A stretch of DNA of 64,000 bases, taken from contig JBBCAX010000094.1 in NCBI GenBank assembly GCA_051382335.1, positions 20,462 to 84,461 of the forward strand. The letters are read 5' to 3'. The translations under genes and the position numbers were made by a program. Numbering within the stretch: the first letter of the stretch is position 1; each line of letters opens with the position of its first letter. Of the stretch, positions 17,454 through 29,001 are shown in pieces. This stretch comes from Deltaproteobacteria bacterium TL4. GTDB lineage: Bacteria; SAR324; NAC60-12. The notes under the pieces were generated by a model. It was not told where the DNA came from. It was given only the letters and a program-made list of their open reading frames with translations, and did no database searches.

Positions 17454-19256
17454 ATGACCGTAACCACTAAATTTTCAAATAAACTCAATATTGTAAAAAA
17501 AGTGCCCTCTATCGCCAAAGGGTTGTCTTATGTTTTCAAATCTGACAAAAGCGAAGTTCTATCCATCGGAAAATTTATTGAAGACAATGCGGCAAAATAT
17601 CCGCACATGGATGCCCTCAAATACGAGGATCGTCATTACACCCACAAAGAGTTCAATGAGTGGGTCAACCGGTATGCTCATTTTTTCCAATCAAAAGGCA
17701 TTGGTAAGGGGGATGCTGTCGCCGTTTTTCTGGAGAATCGGCCTGAAGTGGTCGTCATTGTCGCGGCGTTAGCTAAAACAGGAGCCATTTCCGCACTGGC
17801 TAACGCGACTCAGCGTCGTGCGCCTTTGGCCCACAGTTTTAAATTATGCGATCCCAAAATGTATGTGATCGGAGAAGAACTATTGTCTGCTTTTGAAGAA
17901 GTTCGTTCCGAGCTGTATCTCAAAAAGCACAATCTCCTCTGTTATCAGGTAGATCATACCGACCATCCCTGTCCTGAGGGGTTTCTCGACATTGAACACG
18001 AAGCGGCTAATTTACCATCCGAAAATCCCGCCTCAACAGGAACGATTCAATTGAAAGATCCCTGCTTTTACATCTATACTTCCGGAACAACAGGGATGCC
18101 CAAAGCCTCGATTATGAGTCATAATCGCTGGGCCAAAGCGTTAGGCGCGTTTGGTTTTATGGGACTCAACCTGAAACCTGGCGAAACACTCTATGTGGCG
18201 CTGCCGTTCTATCATAACAACGCCTTAACCGTTTCCTGGGGAGCCGCCACAGCCTCTGGCGCATGCATCGCGATCCGACGTAAATTCAGCGCGACTCAGT
18301 TTTGGGAGGATACACGGAAATTTAATGCGGTGGCCTTCTGTTACATTGGAGAACTATGCCGTTATTTAATGAATCAGCCTCGAAAACCGGATGATGCCGA
18401 GAATCCTGTGAAAAAAATTATAGGAAATGGGATGCGTCCTGATATCTGGGTTGCCTTTAAAGAACGTTTCGCCATTCCTGAAGTTTATGAGTTTTACAGC
18501 GCCAGTGAATCCAATATCGCCTTTTTTAACCTTTTCAACAAAGATTGTACGGTGGGTTTTTGTCCTGCGCCTTATGCTTTGGTGGAGTATGATATCGAAG
18601 CGGATGAGCCTGTGAGAGGTCCCGAAGGCTTTCTCAAACGGGTACAACCGGGAGGAACAGGGTTGTTGCTGGGAGAGGTCTCAGAAAAGTACTCGTTTGA
18701 CGGCTATACCGATAAAAAAGCCAGTGAAGCCAAGTTAATGCGAGATGTCTTCAAAAAAGGAGACCTCTGGTTTAACTCTGGGGATCTGCTCAAAGATCAA
18801 GGTTACAAGCACGCTCAATTTGTCGACCGCTTAGGCGATACCTTCCGTTGGAAAGGTGAAAATGTGTCCACCAATGAAGTGGCAGAGGTTCTGAATGGCT
18901 ATGCGCCGATTCAGGAGTCGACGGTGTACGGAGTCCAGGTCCCTGGTACGGATGGTCGCGCGGGCATGGCCTCTATTGTTAGTGAGGTCAAAGCTAAAGA
19001 CTTCAAATTTGATGAACTCTATGAACATGTATGTCGGGAGTTACCTCATTATGCTCGTCCGGTTTTCTTGAGAATGCAGGAGGAACTGACTATTACAGCA
19101 ACCTTCAAACATCGAAAGGTTGAACTGAAAAAGGAAGGCTTCAATCCTGATGAGGTTAAAGAACCTCTGTATGTTTTATTGCCAAAACATACGAAATATA
19201 CTAAACTGACGCACAAGGTGTATGAAGAAATCATGGAGAAAAAATATTCCTTCTGA
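17454..19256 (+). CDS. Long-chain acyl-CoA synthetase (FATP-type)
   Basis: AMP motif YIYTSGTTGMPK, YIGELCRYL, GNGMRPDIW, FVDRLGDTFRWKGENVST; GGAG RBS. Confidence 0.93.
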   Translation: MTVTTKFSNKLNIVKKVPSIAKGLSYVFKSDKSEVLSIGKFIEDNAAKYPHMDALKYEDRHYTHKEFNEWVNRYAHFFQSKGIGKGDAVAVFLENRPEVVVIVAALAKTGAISALANATQRRAPLAHSFKLCDPKMYVIGEELLSAFEEVRSELYLKKHNLLCYQVDHTDHPCPEGFLDIEHEAANLPSENPASTGTIQLKDPCFYIYTSGTTGMPKASIMSHNRWAKALGAFGFMGLNLKPGETLYVALPFYHNNALTVSWGAATASGACIAIRRKFSATQFWEDTRKFNAVAFCYIGELCRYLMNQPRKPDDAENPVKKIIGNGMRPDIWVAFKERFAIPEVYEFYSASESNIAFFNLFNKDCTVGFCPAPYALVEYDIEADEPVRGPEGFLKRVQPGGTGLLLGEVSEKYSFDGYTDKKASEAKLMRDVFKKGDLWFNSGDLLKDQGYKHAQFVDRLGDTFRWKGENVSTNEVAEVLNGYAPIQESTVYGVQVPGTDGRAGMASIVSEVKAKDFKFDELYEHVCRELPHYARPVFLRMQEELTITATFKHRKVELKKEGFNPDEVKEPLYVLLPKHTKYTKLTHKVYEEIMEKKYSF

Positions 19257-19287
19257 GTTCTCTCAAGCACCTTCTTCCTCTTGTTTT

Positions 19288-19349
19288 GCGGCAAAGGCTC
19301 AAGAGGACTGAGAATAGTTACTGTTCTTAGTACCTCCGGCCTTTGTGGC
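19288..19349 (+). other. Long imperfect intergenic hairpin
   Basis: CAAAGGC/GCCTTTG, GAGG/CCTC and ACTGAGAATAG/CTGTTCTTAGT nested arms; no U-tract. Confidence 0.55.
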
Positions 19350-19384
19350 TCATTTAAAGTTTATCGCCATTCACGCGCTCACCT

Positions 19385-19996
19385 ATGATACATAAAATAA
19401 CCGTTACCGTGATTCTTTGTTTGTCGTGTCTGTGGATCTTCCACTCCTTTGCGTGGGCAACGAATCCTAAACAGAATCCGGTTCAGTCAAAGATCCTCTC
19501 TGAACCAGACCGTCAATTCCTTTTGGAACAAAACATTGAAACCGCCTATAGCCTCATCAAAGCTGAAGACTTTAAAGGTGTTTTAGCCGAGGGAACACCT
19601 ATCGAATTAACGCAATATCGCAATCAATGGGTCTTTCTTAATTTTTGGGCAACCTGGTGTGTTCCCTGCTTGCAGGAATTACCCGATATGGAAAAACTAC
19701 ATCAGCGCTTTGGGAATCAAGGTTTGGTTATTTTGGCGGTAGGCATGGGCGAAAGCCAGGATAAAATCAAAAAATTTCTTGAAAACCATGCCTTGACTTT
19801 CGCTATTGTCACCGACAAAGACCTGACTATTTCTAAAGCTTATGGCGTGGAAAATTTACCGGTTACCTATCTCCTGACTCCTGAAGGCTTCGTTTACGCC
19901 AGAGCTGTAGGCCCCAGAAAATGGGCTAATACCGAATTGATGGAATACTTTAGACAAAAATTAAAGGTTATAAATCCACCACAGGGGGAGCGTTGA
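19385..19996 (+). CDS. TlpA family thiol:disulfide oxidoreductase
   Basis: Signal/anchor; LNFWATWCVPCLQELP; YGV..LP.TY. Confidence 0.9.
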   Translation: MIHKITVTVILCLSCLWIFHSFAWATNPKQNPVQSKILSEPDRQFLLEQNIETAYSLIKAEDFKGVLAEGTPIELTQYRNQWVFLNFWATWCVPCLQELPDMEKLHQRFGNQGLVILAVGMGESQDKIKKFLENHALTFAIVTDKDLTISKAYGVENLPVTYLLTPEGFVYARAVGPRKWANTELMEYFRQKLKVINPPQGER

Positions 19997-20058
19997 TTCT
20001 TGAAAGCTCTAGCCACAATGTTCGCAACAATTAATACGACATTCATCAAGGGAGTTCT

Positions 20059-20778
20059 ATGTTTGTTTACCTCATCAAGTTAATTTTGCTGAAACTATGG
20101 ATTATCATTAGTTCAGTGATTGTGTTTGTCATCGCGATTTTTAGACCGTTTAGCCCCAAGAATGGGTATCTCTATCGCCAAATCCTGGTCCCTCTCGCGC
20201 AGAAAATCATTGGTCTTGAGGTGGAGATACGAAATCAATATCGCATTTATACAGAGCCCCAAGCCATCTTTGTTTGTAATCATCAAAGTAATCTGGACCT
20301 GTTTGTTTTCGGAACTGTTGTGAGTTCAGAGACAGTGGCCATTGCCAAAAAACAAGTGATGTGGGTTCCGCTGATAGGCCAGGTGTACTGGTTATCCGGG
20401 AATATCTTCCTCGACAGGAAAAACCCAAAATCCGCCCATCAACGCATGGACGAAGTCGAACAACAACTGAGGCGAAAACGGCTCTCACTTTGGGTTTTCC
20501 CAGAAGGAACACGCTCCAAAGATGGGAAACTTCGGGATTTTAAAAAGGGAGCGTTTCGTGTTGCCATCAACACTCAACTCCCGATCATTCCTGTAGTCGC
20601 AAGTTCGTACCGAGCGGATCTGAAACTCACTCGGGTGACGAGTGCCAAAATCATAGTTGATGTTTTGAACCCCATTGAAACCAAGGGAAAAACCCTGGAA
20701 GATTTGGATGAGGTTGTCAGAAATGTCCAAACTCAAATGCGTGAACGGATCGAAGAATTGAATAAAGAAAAGATTTAG
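20059..20778 (+). CDS. plsC: 1-acyl-sn-glycerol-3-phosphate acyltransferase
   Basis: NHQSNLD, FPEGTRS, FKKGAF. Confidence 0.92.
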   Translation: MFVYLIKLILLKLWIIISSVIVFVIAIFRPFSPKNGYLYRQILVPLAQKIIGLEVEIRNQYRIYTEPQAIFVCNHQSNLDLFVFGTVVSSETVAIAKKQVMWVPLIGQVYWLSGNIFLDRKNPKSAHQRMDEVEQQLRRKRLSLWVFPEGTRSKDGKLRDFKKGAFRVAINTQLPIIPVVASSYRADLKLTRVTSAKIIVDVLNPIETKGKTLEDLDEVVRNVQTQMRERIEELNKEKI

Positions 20779-20801
20779 CACTCATTCATGGACAGTGCTA
20801 T
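20775..20801 (+). promoter_or_regulatory. CIRCE element 1 (HrcA operator)
   Basis: TTAGCACTC-N9-CAGTGCTAT versus consensus TTAGCACTC-N9-GAGTGCTAA. Confidence 0.85.
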
Positions 20802-20845
20802 TTTTTTCTTGATTTATGAAAGAAAGTGAGCTATTCATATGACTA

Positions 20846-20872
20846 TTAGCACTCGATTCGGTGGAATGCTAT
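20846..20872 (+). promoter_or_regulatory. CIRCE element 2 (HrcA operator)
   Basis: TTAGCACTC-N9-GAATGCTAT upstream of groES. Confidence 0.88.
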
Positions 20873-20930
20873 CAAGCATTCATAGCAGAGCCGTGATTAA
20901 TAGTAACCATTCTTTTATAAGGAGAATTCA

Positions 20931-21215
20931 ATGATTCGCCCATTACAAGACCGTATTTTAGTAAAGCGGATTGAAGCAGAACAGAAAACCGCAGGAGGGA
21001 TTATTATTCCAGATTCTGCGAAAGAAAAACCTCAAGAAGGAAAAGTTGTTGCTGTAGGTAAAGGCAAGCGCCTGGAAAGTGGAGAACGTCAAACTCTGGA
21101 CGTAAAAGTGAACGATCGTATTTTGTTCAGCAAATACGGAGGAACAGAAGTAAAAATTGATGGTGAGGAGTACTTGATTCTACGGGAAGACGATATCTTA
21201 GGCATAGTCGAGTAA
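20931..21215 (+). CDS. groES: Co-chaperonin GroES
   Basis: [38 protein letters not shown]. Confidence 0.98.
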   Translation: MIRPLQDRILVKRIEAEQKTAGGIIIPDSAKEKPQEGKVVAVGKGKRLESGERQTLDVKVNDRILFSKYGGTEVKIDGEEYLILREDDILGIVE

Positions 21216-21254
21216 AGTTGGGACCAAGAATTAAATCAAATATTTAGAAAATAA

Positions 21255-22922
<1,668 letters not shown>

Positions 22923-22950
22923 TCCTCTCAAGCCTCTTCATGCGCAGATC

Positions 22951-22985
22951 AAGGAAGCGGTTTGGTTTTCCAACCGCTTCCTTTT
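22951..22985. terminator. Intrinsic terminator, probably bidirectional
   Basis: AAGGAAGCGGTT...AACCGCTTCCTTTT between convergent groEL and Hpt gene. Confidence 0.85.
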
Positions 22986-22991
22986 CAGACC

Positions 22992-23345
22992 TTACCAGGT
23001 GTCCAATTTTTTAAGTAATTGCTGGTAGGCGTTTTCTAACGATTCAAACAAGACCTCCAGTCCCTCGTGATTATTTTCTTCGGCTTGGTGCTGGATCCTC
23101 TCACTTATTTTCCTCAGGCGTTCAGCACCAATTTCAGCACAAGTTCCTTTCAACGTATGAGCCGCATACAGCAGGGATTCTGAGTCTTTGTCTGAAATCG
23201 ACTTCTGGATCATCTTCATCAACGGTTCCGAATCCTCCACGAAGATCTCACCGAGTTGTTTTTGCAGCCTTTTGTCGAATTTTGCTAAAATTTCGGTGTT
23301 GAGATCACTGAGTTGCTCATAAAGTGTCTGCTCCATTTTACTCAT
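22992..23345 (-). CDS. Stand-alone Hpt (histidine phosphotransfer) protein
   Basis: AAHTLKG.CA.IGA..L motif; helical 117 aa. Confidence 0.88.
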   Translation of the reverse strand: MSKMEQTLYEQLSDLNTEILAKFDKRLQKQLGEIFVEDSEPLMKMIQKSISDKDSESLLYAAHTLKGTCAEIGAERLRKISERIQHQAEENNHEGLEVLFESLENAYQQLLKKLDTW

Positions 23346-23363
23346 CCCATGACTTAGGAATTA

Positions 23364-23741
23364 CTAAAGTAGTGTTTCCAATTCACTGATAAACTGATAA
23401 AGCTCATCGTACATTCTCAAGCATTCACAGGTGTTGGCGTGAAGTTGCTTGAACACCTCACTGTTAACGGTTCCGCGAGACTGTTGCTGGCTTTCAAAAA
23501 ACTGTAAAATCGCATGATACACCGGATAAAAATGGTTGATGATTTCCTTTGTGACCTCCAGTCGTTTACGCGCCTCCTTTTTCCAACTGGGATCAAACGA
23601 TGATTTTTGAAGTTTATGCTGTATCCATAACATCTCAGACCATCGCATACATCCGACGAGTCGATGAACCTCAATACTTTTTGACACATCACTGATCTTT
23701 CCAGCTTTTAGTGCTGCTATTAATTTTTCTTCTTGTACCAT
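23364..23741 (-). CDS. Hypothetical helical protein
   Basis: 125 aa ORF with GGAG RBS, 18 bp upstream of the Hpt gene. Confidence 0.65.
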   Translation of the reverse strand: MVQEEKLIAALKAGKISDVSKSIEVHRLVGCMRWSEMLWIQHKLQKSSFDPSWKKEARKRLEVTKEIINHFYPVYHAILQFFESQQQSRGTVNSEVFKQLHANTCECLRMYDELYQFISELETLL

Positions 23742-24034
23742 TTGAGAACTCCGCGTGAATTACAATTTATTTAACCTCAAGTACTGGTAGAATGTTTCCA
23801 GTAGATCACCGTGTCATTTTCAGTAATGCTGTAAATGGGAACTGACATAAAAAATTTATAATGTAAACTCATTTTTCCGAGATATTTTCCGGAGAGGGTT
23901 TTCGCGGGGTCAGGTTGGAATGATGTAAAAAATTAACAAGACGACTTGCAAGGATGTTCAAGTCCAAGTAAATTGCATACTTCAAAATAAATTGGATCTC
24001 ATGACAACTTACATCACTTCCACTCAGAAGCCGC

Positions 24035-24643
24035 ATGTTTAAAAATATTCAGCAATGGTTCACAAAGCAAGTGAGCCAGCAAACCGTTTATTATTTAAAA
24101 TATATAACCAATGATCTTTTGAAAAAAAAAGAATATGCAGCCGCGGAAAAGACGCTGCGGCGGATTCTGGACGTTGCCCCTTCAGATCATGAAGTCTTAT
24201 TTATCTTAAGTCAGGTTTTACGACGGCAAGGGAAAATAAAGGAAGGATATACTTATCTTAAACAAGTAACGTTAACCCCTCAGTATACGGACGAAATTAT
24301 TCGTTTTGTGGAGGCTTTTCAACAACGGGGCGAGCTTGAAGACATGAAGCAAACCTTATATGAGGCGCTCAAGCAATGGCCCCAGGCCGTTGAGCTTCGC
24401 CTTTATTTAGCTCAGCGTCTTTTTGAAAATTCCAAGCTGAATGAAGCTGAAAATGAGCTTTATGAAGTATTAAAAATCGAGCCTCACCATTTGAAAGCGC
24501 ATGAAGGTTTAACGTATTGTCATATCCACAGGGGGAATAAAAAGAAAGCCTTGCAACAAATTGAGTACATCCGCTCATTTAATTCTAGACTCGCCGATGA
24601 TTTGATTTCCGCAGTCTATGAAAATGTTCAAAATTTTCAATAA
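24035..24643 (+). CDS. Tetratricopeptide repeat protein
   Basis: TPR periodicity (AEKTLRRILDVAP, LYLAQRL...AENELYEVLKIEP). Confidence 0.8.
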   Translation: MFKNIQQWFTKQVSQQTVYYLKYITNDLLKKKEYAAAEKTLRRILDVAPSDHEVLFILSQVLRRQGKIKEGYTYLKQVTLTPQYTDEIIRFVEAFQQRGELEDMKQTLYEALKQWPQAVELRLYLAQRLFENSKLNEAENELYEVLKIEPHHLKAHEGLTYCHIHRGNKKKALQQIEYIRSFNSRLADDLISAVYENVQNFQ

Positions 24644-24654
24644 GGAGAAGGTCA

Positions 24655-24945
24655 TTGAAAGGAAAACAAAAACGTTATTTAAAAGGGTTGGCTCACTCCA
24701 TGAATCCGTTGGTCCGTATTGGAAAGCAAGGACTTTCCGAAGCGGTTTGTAAGCAGATCCAGCAGTGCTTACTGGAACATGAACTGATTAAAATCAAAGT
24801 GTTGGAATCTAGTCCGTTAGACCGAAAAGAGTGTGCGAAAGCGATTTCCGAACGGATTGAGGCTGAGGTCGTGCAGGTCATTGGGCATGTGATTGTTTTA
24901 TACCAGGCGCACCCTGAAGAACCAACCCTTGTATTACCAGAATGA
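24655..24945 (+). CDS. yhbY: CRM-domain RNA-binding protein YhbY
   Basis: KQKRYLKGLAH.MNP.V.IGKQG, HELIKIKV, VQVIG; TTG start with AAGGAG. Confidence 0.93.
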   Translation: MKGKQKRYLKGLAHSMNPLVRIGKQGLSEAVCKQIQQCLLEHELIKIKVLESSPLDRKECAKAISERIEAEVVQVIGHVIVLYQAHPEEPTLVLPE

Positions 24946-24990
24946 AACCCACACATTCCCTGTTAATTTTCAGCATTGAGAAGCGAAACT

Positions 24991-26889
24991 ATGGATCAGA
25001 CATTTTATATCACAACCCCAATTTATTATGTCAATAGTCATCCTCATATTGGTCATGCTTATACCAGCATGGTTGCTGATACCTTACGTCGGTATCAGCA
25101 ACTCTTTGGTAACGATACTTATTTTCTTACCGGAACCGATGAGCATGGACAAAAAATTGCTGAATCCGCAGCACAAAAAGGAGTCTCGCCTCAGAAGTTT
25201 GTTGATGAAATGTCCCGGGAATTTAAAGACTTGTGGCCTCGCCTCCATGTCCATTATGACCAGTTTATTCGAACTACGGAGGCCCACCATAAGGCCTGTG
25301 TGCAAAGGGTCTTGCAGCAAATTTACGATCAGGGCGAAATTTATCTCAAGGAATATGAAGGGTTATATTGTGTCGGCTGTGAACGATTTTTGGACGAAGG
25401 GGAATTAGTCGAAGGAAACTGCCCTGATCATCAGAAACCGCCACAACATTACAAAGAAAAAAATTATTTTTTCAAAATGAGCGCCTACCAGGACTGGTTG
25501 ATTGAAACGGTCGAGAATCAACCGGACCTGATTTATCCGGCAAAGTATCGGAATGAGGTGCTGCGGTTTTTAAAAGATCCGCTACAGGATCTTTGTATTT
25601 CACGGCCTAAAAGTCGCCTGAGTTGGGGAATTGATCTGCCTTTTGATTCGGATTTTGTAACCTATGTCTGGTTTGACGCGTTATTAAATTACGTCAGCGC
25701 CTTAGGCTGGCCCGAGGACGATAAATTTCAAAAATTCTGGACTCATACTCATCACTTGATTGGTAAAGATATTCTGAAAACTCATGCGATTTACTGGCCT
25801 TGTATGCTCAAAGCCGCAGGGATTCCCATTTTTCATAAATTGTTAGTCCATGGTCATTGGCTCAGCCAAAGCAGCAAAATGAGCAAGACGTTAGGGAACG
25901 TTGTGGACCCTTTGGCCATGATCGATAAGGTGGGGGTGGATGCCTTACGTTATTTTCTACTTCGGGATATGAGTTTTGGCGAAGATTCCAATTTCGCGGA
26001 AAAACAGGTGGTCAACCGATACAATGCGGATCTTGCCAATAACATTGGCAACTTGATCAACCGCAGTATCAGCATGAGCCTTAAACCCTTTCAAAACCGT
26101 GTGCCTCCGTCCGGGCCAATCGGTGAATTGGAAAAAGAACTTCAACAACGGTTTATTAACGGCATTGAACAGGTCAAAACTTACATCCTCGCTTATCAAC
26201 CTCACCGTGCCCTGGAAGAAATAGAGTCCATGAGCAGTGCGGTCAACAAATACATTGATACCTCCGCGCCCTGGAAATTATTGAAGCAGGAAGGAGGACA
26301 GGAACGTTTGGGGACGGTGTTATATACCGCTTTGGATATGGCACGAATTCTTGTAGACCTTTTATTTCCGGTAATGCCTGAAAAAATGCTGCTCGCACGA
26401 AAAGCCCTGGGACTCAACGCTGAGATTCCGTCTTTAACGAAACTGAAACCTGGAGGTTTGCTTGAAGGCACCGAACTGCCTCCTCCTAGCCCTTTATTTC
26501 CCAAGATCAAACCCGTTGATGACGAACCGCTGGTTAAAGAATCAGAACCTGCGTCAGCGCAAGCAATGATCACAATTGAGGAATTTGGCAGGATGAAGCT
26601 GCGGGTGGGGAAAATCATTCAATGCCAAAGGGTTCCGAAGTCTGACAAGTTGGTGCATTCCCAAGTTGACTTGGGGGAAGAAAGACCACGCTCCATTGTC
26701 TCCGGGATTGCCAAGTTCTATCAGCCCGAGGAGTTGGTTGGAAGAACGGTCATGGTTGTCAGTAACCTGATACCCGTTAAATTAAGGGGGGTCCTTTCCG
26801 AAGGCATGATTTTATGTACGGATGAGGGGACGCAACTTCAATTAGTTGAACCGCCTGAAAAGGTAAAACCTGGAACGAAAATTTGTTAA
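24991..26889 (+). CDS. metG: Methionine--tRNA ligase with C-terminal tRNA-binding domain
   Basis: YITTPIYYVN..PHIGH, TGTDEHG, YVWFDALLNY, KMSKT. Confidence 0.97.
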   Translation: MDQTFYITTPIYYVNSHPHIGHAYTSMVADTLRRYQQLFGNDTYFLTGTDEHGQKIAESAAQKGVSPQKFVDEMSREFKDLWPRLHVHYDQFIRTTEAHHKACVQRVLQQIYDQGEIYLKEYEGLYCVGCERFLDEGELVEGNCPDHQKPPQHYKEKNYFFKMSAYQDWLIETVENQPDLIYPAKYRNEVLRFLKDPLQDLCISRPKSRLSWGIDLPFDSDFVTYVWFDALLNYVSALGWPEDDKFQKFWTHTHHLIGKDILKTHAIYWPCMLKAAGIPIFHKLLVHGHWLSQSSKMSKTLGNVVDPLAMIDKVGVDALRYFLLRDMSFGEDSNFAEKQVVNRYNADLANNIGNLINRSISMSLKPFQNRVPPSGPIGELEKELQQRFINGIEQVKTYILAYQPHRALEEIESMSSAVNKYIDTSAPWKLLKQEGGQERLGTVLYTALDMARILVDLLFPVMPEKMLLARKALGLNAEIPSLTKLKPGGLLEGTELPPPSPLFPKIKPVDDEPLVKESEPASAQAMITIEEFGRMKLRVGKIIQCQRVPKSDKLVHSQVDLGEERPRSIVSGIAKFYQPEELVGRTVMVVSNLIPVKLRGVLSEGMILCTDEGTQLQLVEPPEKVKPGTKIC

Positions 26890-26954
26890 TTTGAAAATAA
26901 TCTGCGTTTACGCACGACTGAATTGTTACAAGCAACATTACCAAAAAGGCAGTT

Positions 26955-28352
26955 ATGGGTTTTAAATTAAAAGAATATAGCGACATTTCTCCTGAACTGA
27001 TTCAACGTTACAATCGCTCCGGTCCCCGTTATACCAGCTATCCAACGGTTCCTGTCTGGGATCAGGGGGAGAACTATAGTGAAGATTATATTCGATTTTT
27101 ACAAAGAGAAGGTCCCTCCAAGGAACCGCTCTCTCTTTATATTCACATTCCTTTTTGCAGTCGTCTCTGCACTTATTGCGGTTGTAATCAGTTCATTACA
27201 AAACGTCAGGATTTGGTTGAACAATACCTCAACACTTTGGATATCGAACTCGCCGAGGTTGCCCAACAGATGGGGCAACGGAAAGCCATTCAGCAGCTTC
27301 ATTTGGGAGGAGGAACACCAACCCACCTGAACGTGGACCAACTCAAACGTTTGATGCGGATGATTCAAAGTCGCTTTGATCTGGCAACTGATGGCGAAAT
27401 GGCGCTGGAAGCACATCCCCGAGTGACGACCAATGAACAGCTTCAAGTGCTCTATGACTTAGGCTTTCGACGTGTCAGTTTTGGCGTACAGGACGTGGAT
27501 GCCAAAGTGCAGCATGCCATCAATCGGGATCAAACGTTGGCGCAAACTCAACGGACCTTTTATTTTGCCCGTGAATTAGGCTATCAAAGCATCAACATCG
27601 ATTTGGTTTATGGCCTGCCGTTTCAAACTCAAAAAACGTTTCAAAAAACGATGGAAGAAGTCCAGCGAATGCATCCTGATCGCCTGGCCATTTACAATTT
27701 CGCGTATATTCCCAATATGTTTAAAACTCATAAGCGGGCCATCCGGGAATCAGATCTTCCGACTCCGGAAGAAAAAGTTGTAATTTATATTGATATGATT
27801 AAATTTTTCACGACGGCTGGATACGAAATGATTGGCATGGATCATTATGCGGAGTCCCATGATGAACTTGCGATTGCTTCCAAAAATCACACCTTGCATC
27901 GTAACTTTATGGGCTACACAACGCTCAAAGGTTTAACTCAAATTGGCATTGGGGTGTCCTCCATTTCTGATTTCGGTGATGGCTACTTTCAGAATCAAAA
28001 GGACTTGATAGAGTATATGGACGCCTTCAAAAAGGGTTCTTTTTCCATCATTAGAAGAAAATGTTTAAGTCCCGATGATTCGCTAAGGCGCGAAATTATA
28101 GAAACCTTGATGTGTCATTACCACCTTCCCCTCCCTCACTTTGAAAAAAAATATCAAATCGAGTTCAAAGCTTATTTCAAAGAAGAATGGAAACAAATGG
28201 AGTATTTTGAAGAAGAAGGTTTGGTACAATTGGAGGCTGAGGCCCTTCACCTAACAAAATTAGGCGTTCTTTTCATGAGAAATGTGGCCATGCCCTTTGA
28301 CCAATATCTCAAGGATGAGTCTCGAACCTTTAATTTTTCCAAGACGGTTTAA
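26955..28352 (+). CDS. hemN: Oxygen-independent coproporphyrinogen III oxidase
   Basis: GPRYTSYPT, YIHIPFC..LC.YCGC, GGGTPT, HRNFMGYTT, FSKTV. Confidence 0.95.
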   Translation: MGFKLKEYSDISPELIQRYNRSGPRYTSYPTVPVWDQGENYSEDYIRFLQREGPSKEPLSLYIHIPFCSRLCTYCGCNQFITKRQDLVEQYLNTLDIELAEVAQQMGQRKAIQQLHLGGGTPTHLNVDQLKRLMRMIQSRFDLATDGEMALEAHPRVTTNEQLQVLYDLGFRRVSFGVQDVDAKVQHAINRDQTLAQTQRTFYFARELGYQSINIDLVYGLPFQTQKTFQKTMEEVQRMHPDRLAIYNFAYIPNMFKTHKRAIRESDLPTPEEKVVIYIDMIKFFTTAGYEMIGMDHYAESHDELAIASKNHTLHRNFMGYTTLKGLTQIGIGVSSISDFGDGYFQNQKDLIEYMDAFKKGSFSIIRRKCLSPDDSLRREIIETLMCHYHLPLPHFEKKYQIEFKAYFKEEWKQMEYFEEEGLVQLEAEALHLTKLGVLFMRNVAMPFDQYLKDESRTFNFSKTV

Positions 28353-28483
28353 ACCAACCTTCCAAACCATTAAGCTCTTGATTTGTCTCAGGAGCGTGAG
28401 TTGAAACTATGGAAGTTCTAAAAAACTCCTTGGACAATCCATTAAGTTTGTGTATATAAAAATCAAGATCATAAACATAGGGA

Positions 28484-28867
28484 ATGTTGAAAGGAAAAAT
28501 GTCTGGAACAATACTTTTTGTCGATGACTTGGCAACGCAACGAGCCGCGGCAAGCTTTACCTTAACTAGTGCGGGGTATAACGTTATTTCCGCGGAAAAT
28601 GGTCAGGATGCTCTTGCGAAGTTAGAAAATGCCGGTGAAATCCAGTTGATTATCACTGATTTGACGATGCCGATCATTGACGGGGTTTCTTTGTTGAAAA
28701 TGCTCAAACAGGATCCCGTGCATCGACAGATACCCATTCTGATGCTGTTACAGGAATCCCAAATTTCTCAAAAGGAACAGTTACGAGCCGCTGGTGCGGT
28801 GGGTTGGATTCTGAAGCCTTTCCAACCGGAACAGCTTTGTACCGTAGTGAGTAAACTGGTTCCTTAA
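28484..28867 (+). CDS. Single-domain CheY-like response regulator
   Basis: VDD, IITDLTMP..DG, GWILKPF; probable start 28499. Confidence 0.88.
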   Translation: MLKGKMSGTILFVDDLATQRAAASFTLTSAGYNVISAENGQDALAKLENAGEIQLIITDLTMPIIDGVSLLKMLKQDPVHRQIPILMLLQESQISQKEQLRAAGAVGWILKPFQPEQLCTVVSKLVP

Positions 28868-28977
28868 GCCCAATACCCGTGAATGAAATCATGTTCGTAG
28901 TTCCGCCTTTAGGCGGGGTAAGCCTTGCAGAAAAGCCGCCTAAAGGCGGAACTACGAACTTTTTACAATGACTTCAG
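28868..28977. mobile_element. One-ended copy of MITE family B carrying a GTAG REP doublet
   Basis: TIR-like GCCCAATACCCGTGAATGAA directly after the stop codon; perfect 24-bp inverted arms 28893-28916 / 28936-28959; inverted homologue of 52249-52356. Confidence 0.85.
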
Positions 28978-29001
28978 ACAATCATCATCGAATACGGTGT
29001 C

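Noticed and set aside
26923..26936. TGTT-N6-AACA palindrome before hemN as an FNR site
   Set aside because: Does not match TTGAT-N4-ATCAA and is too short to support
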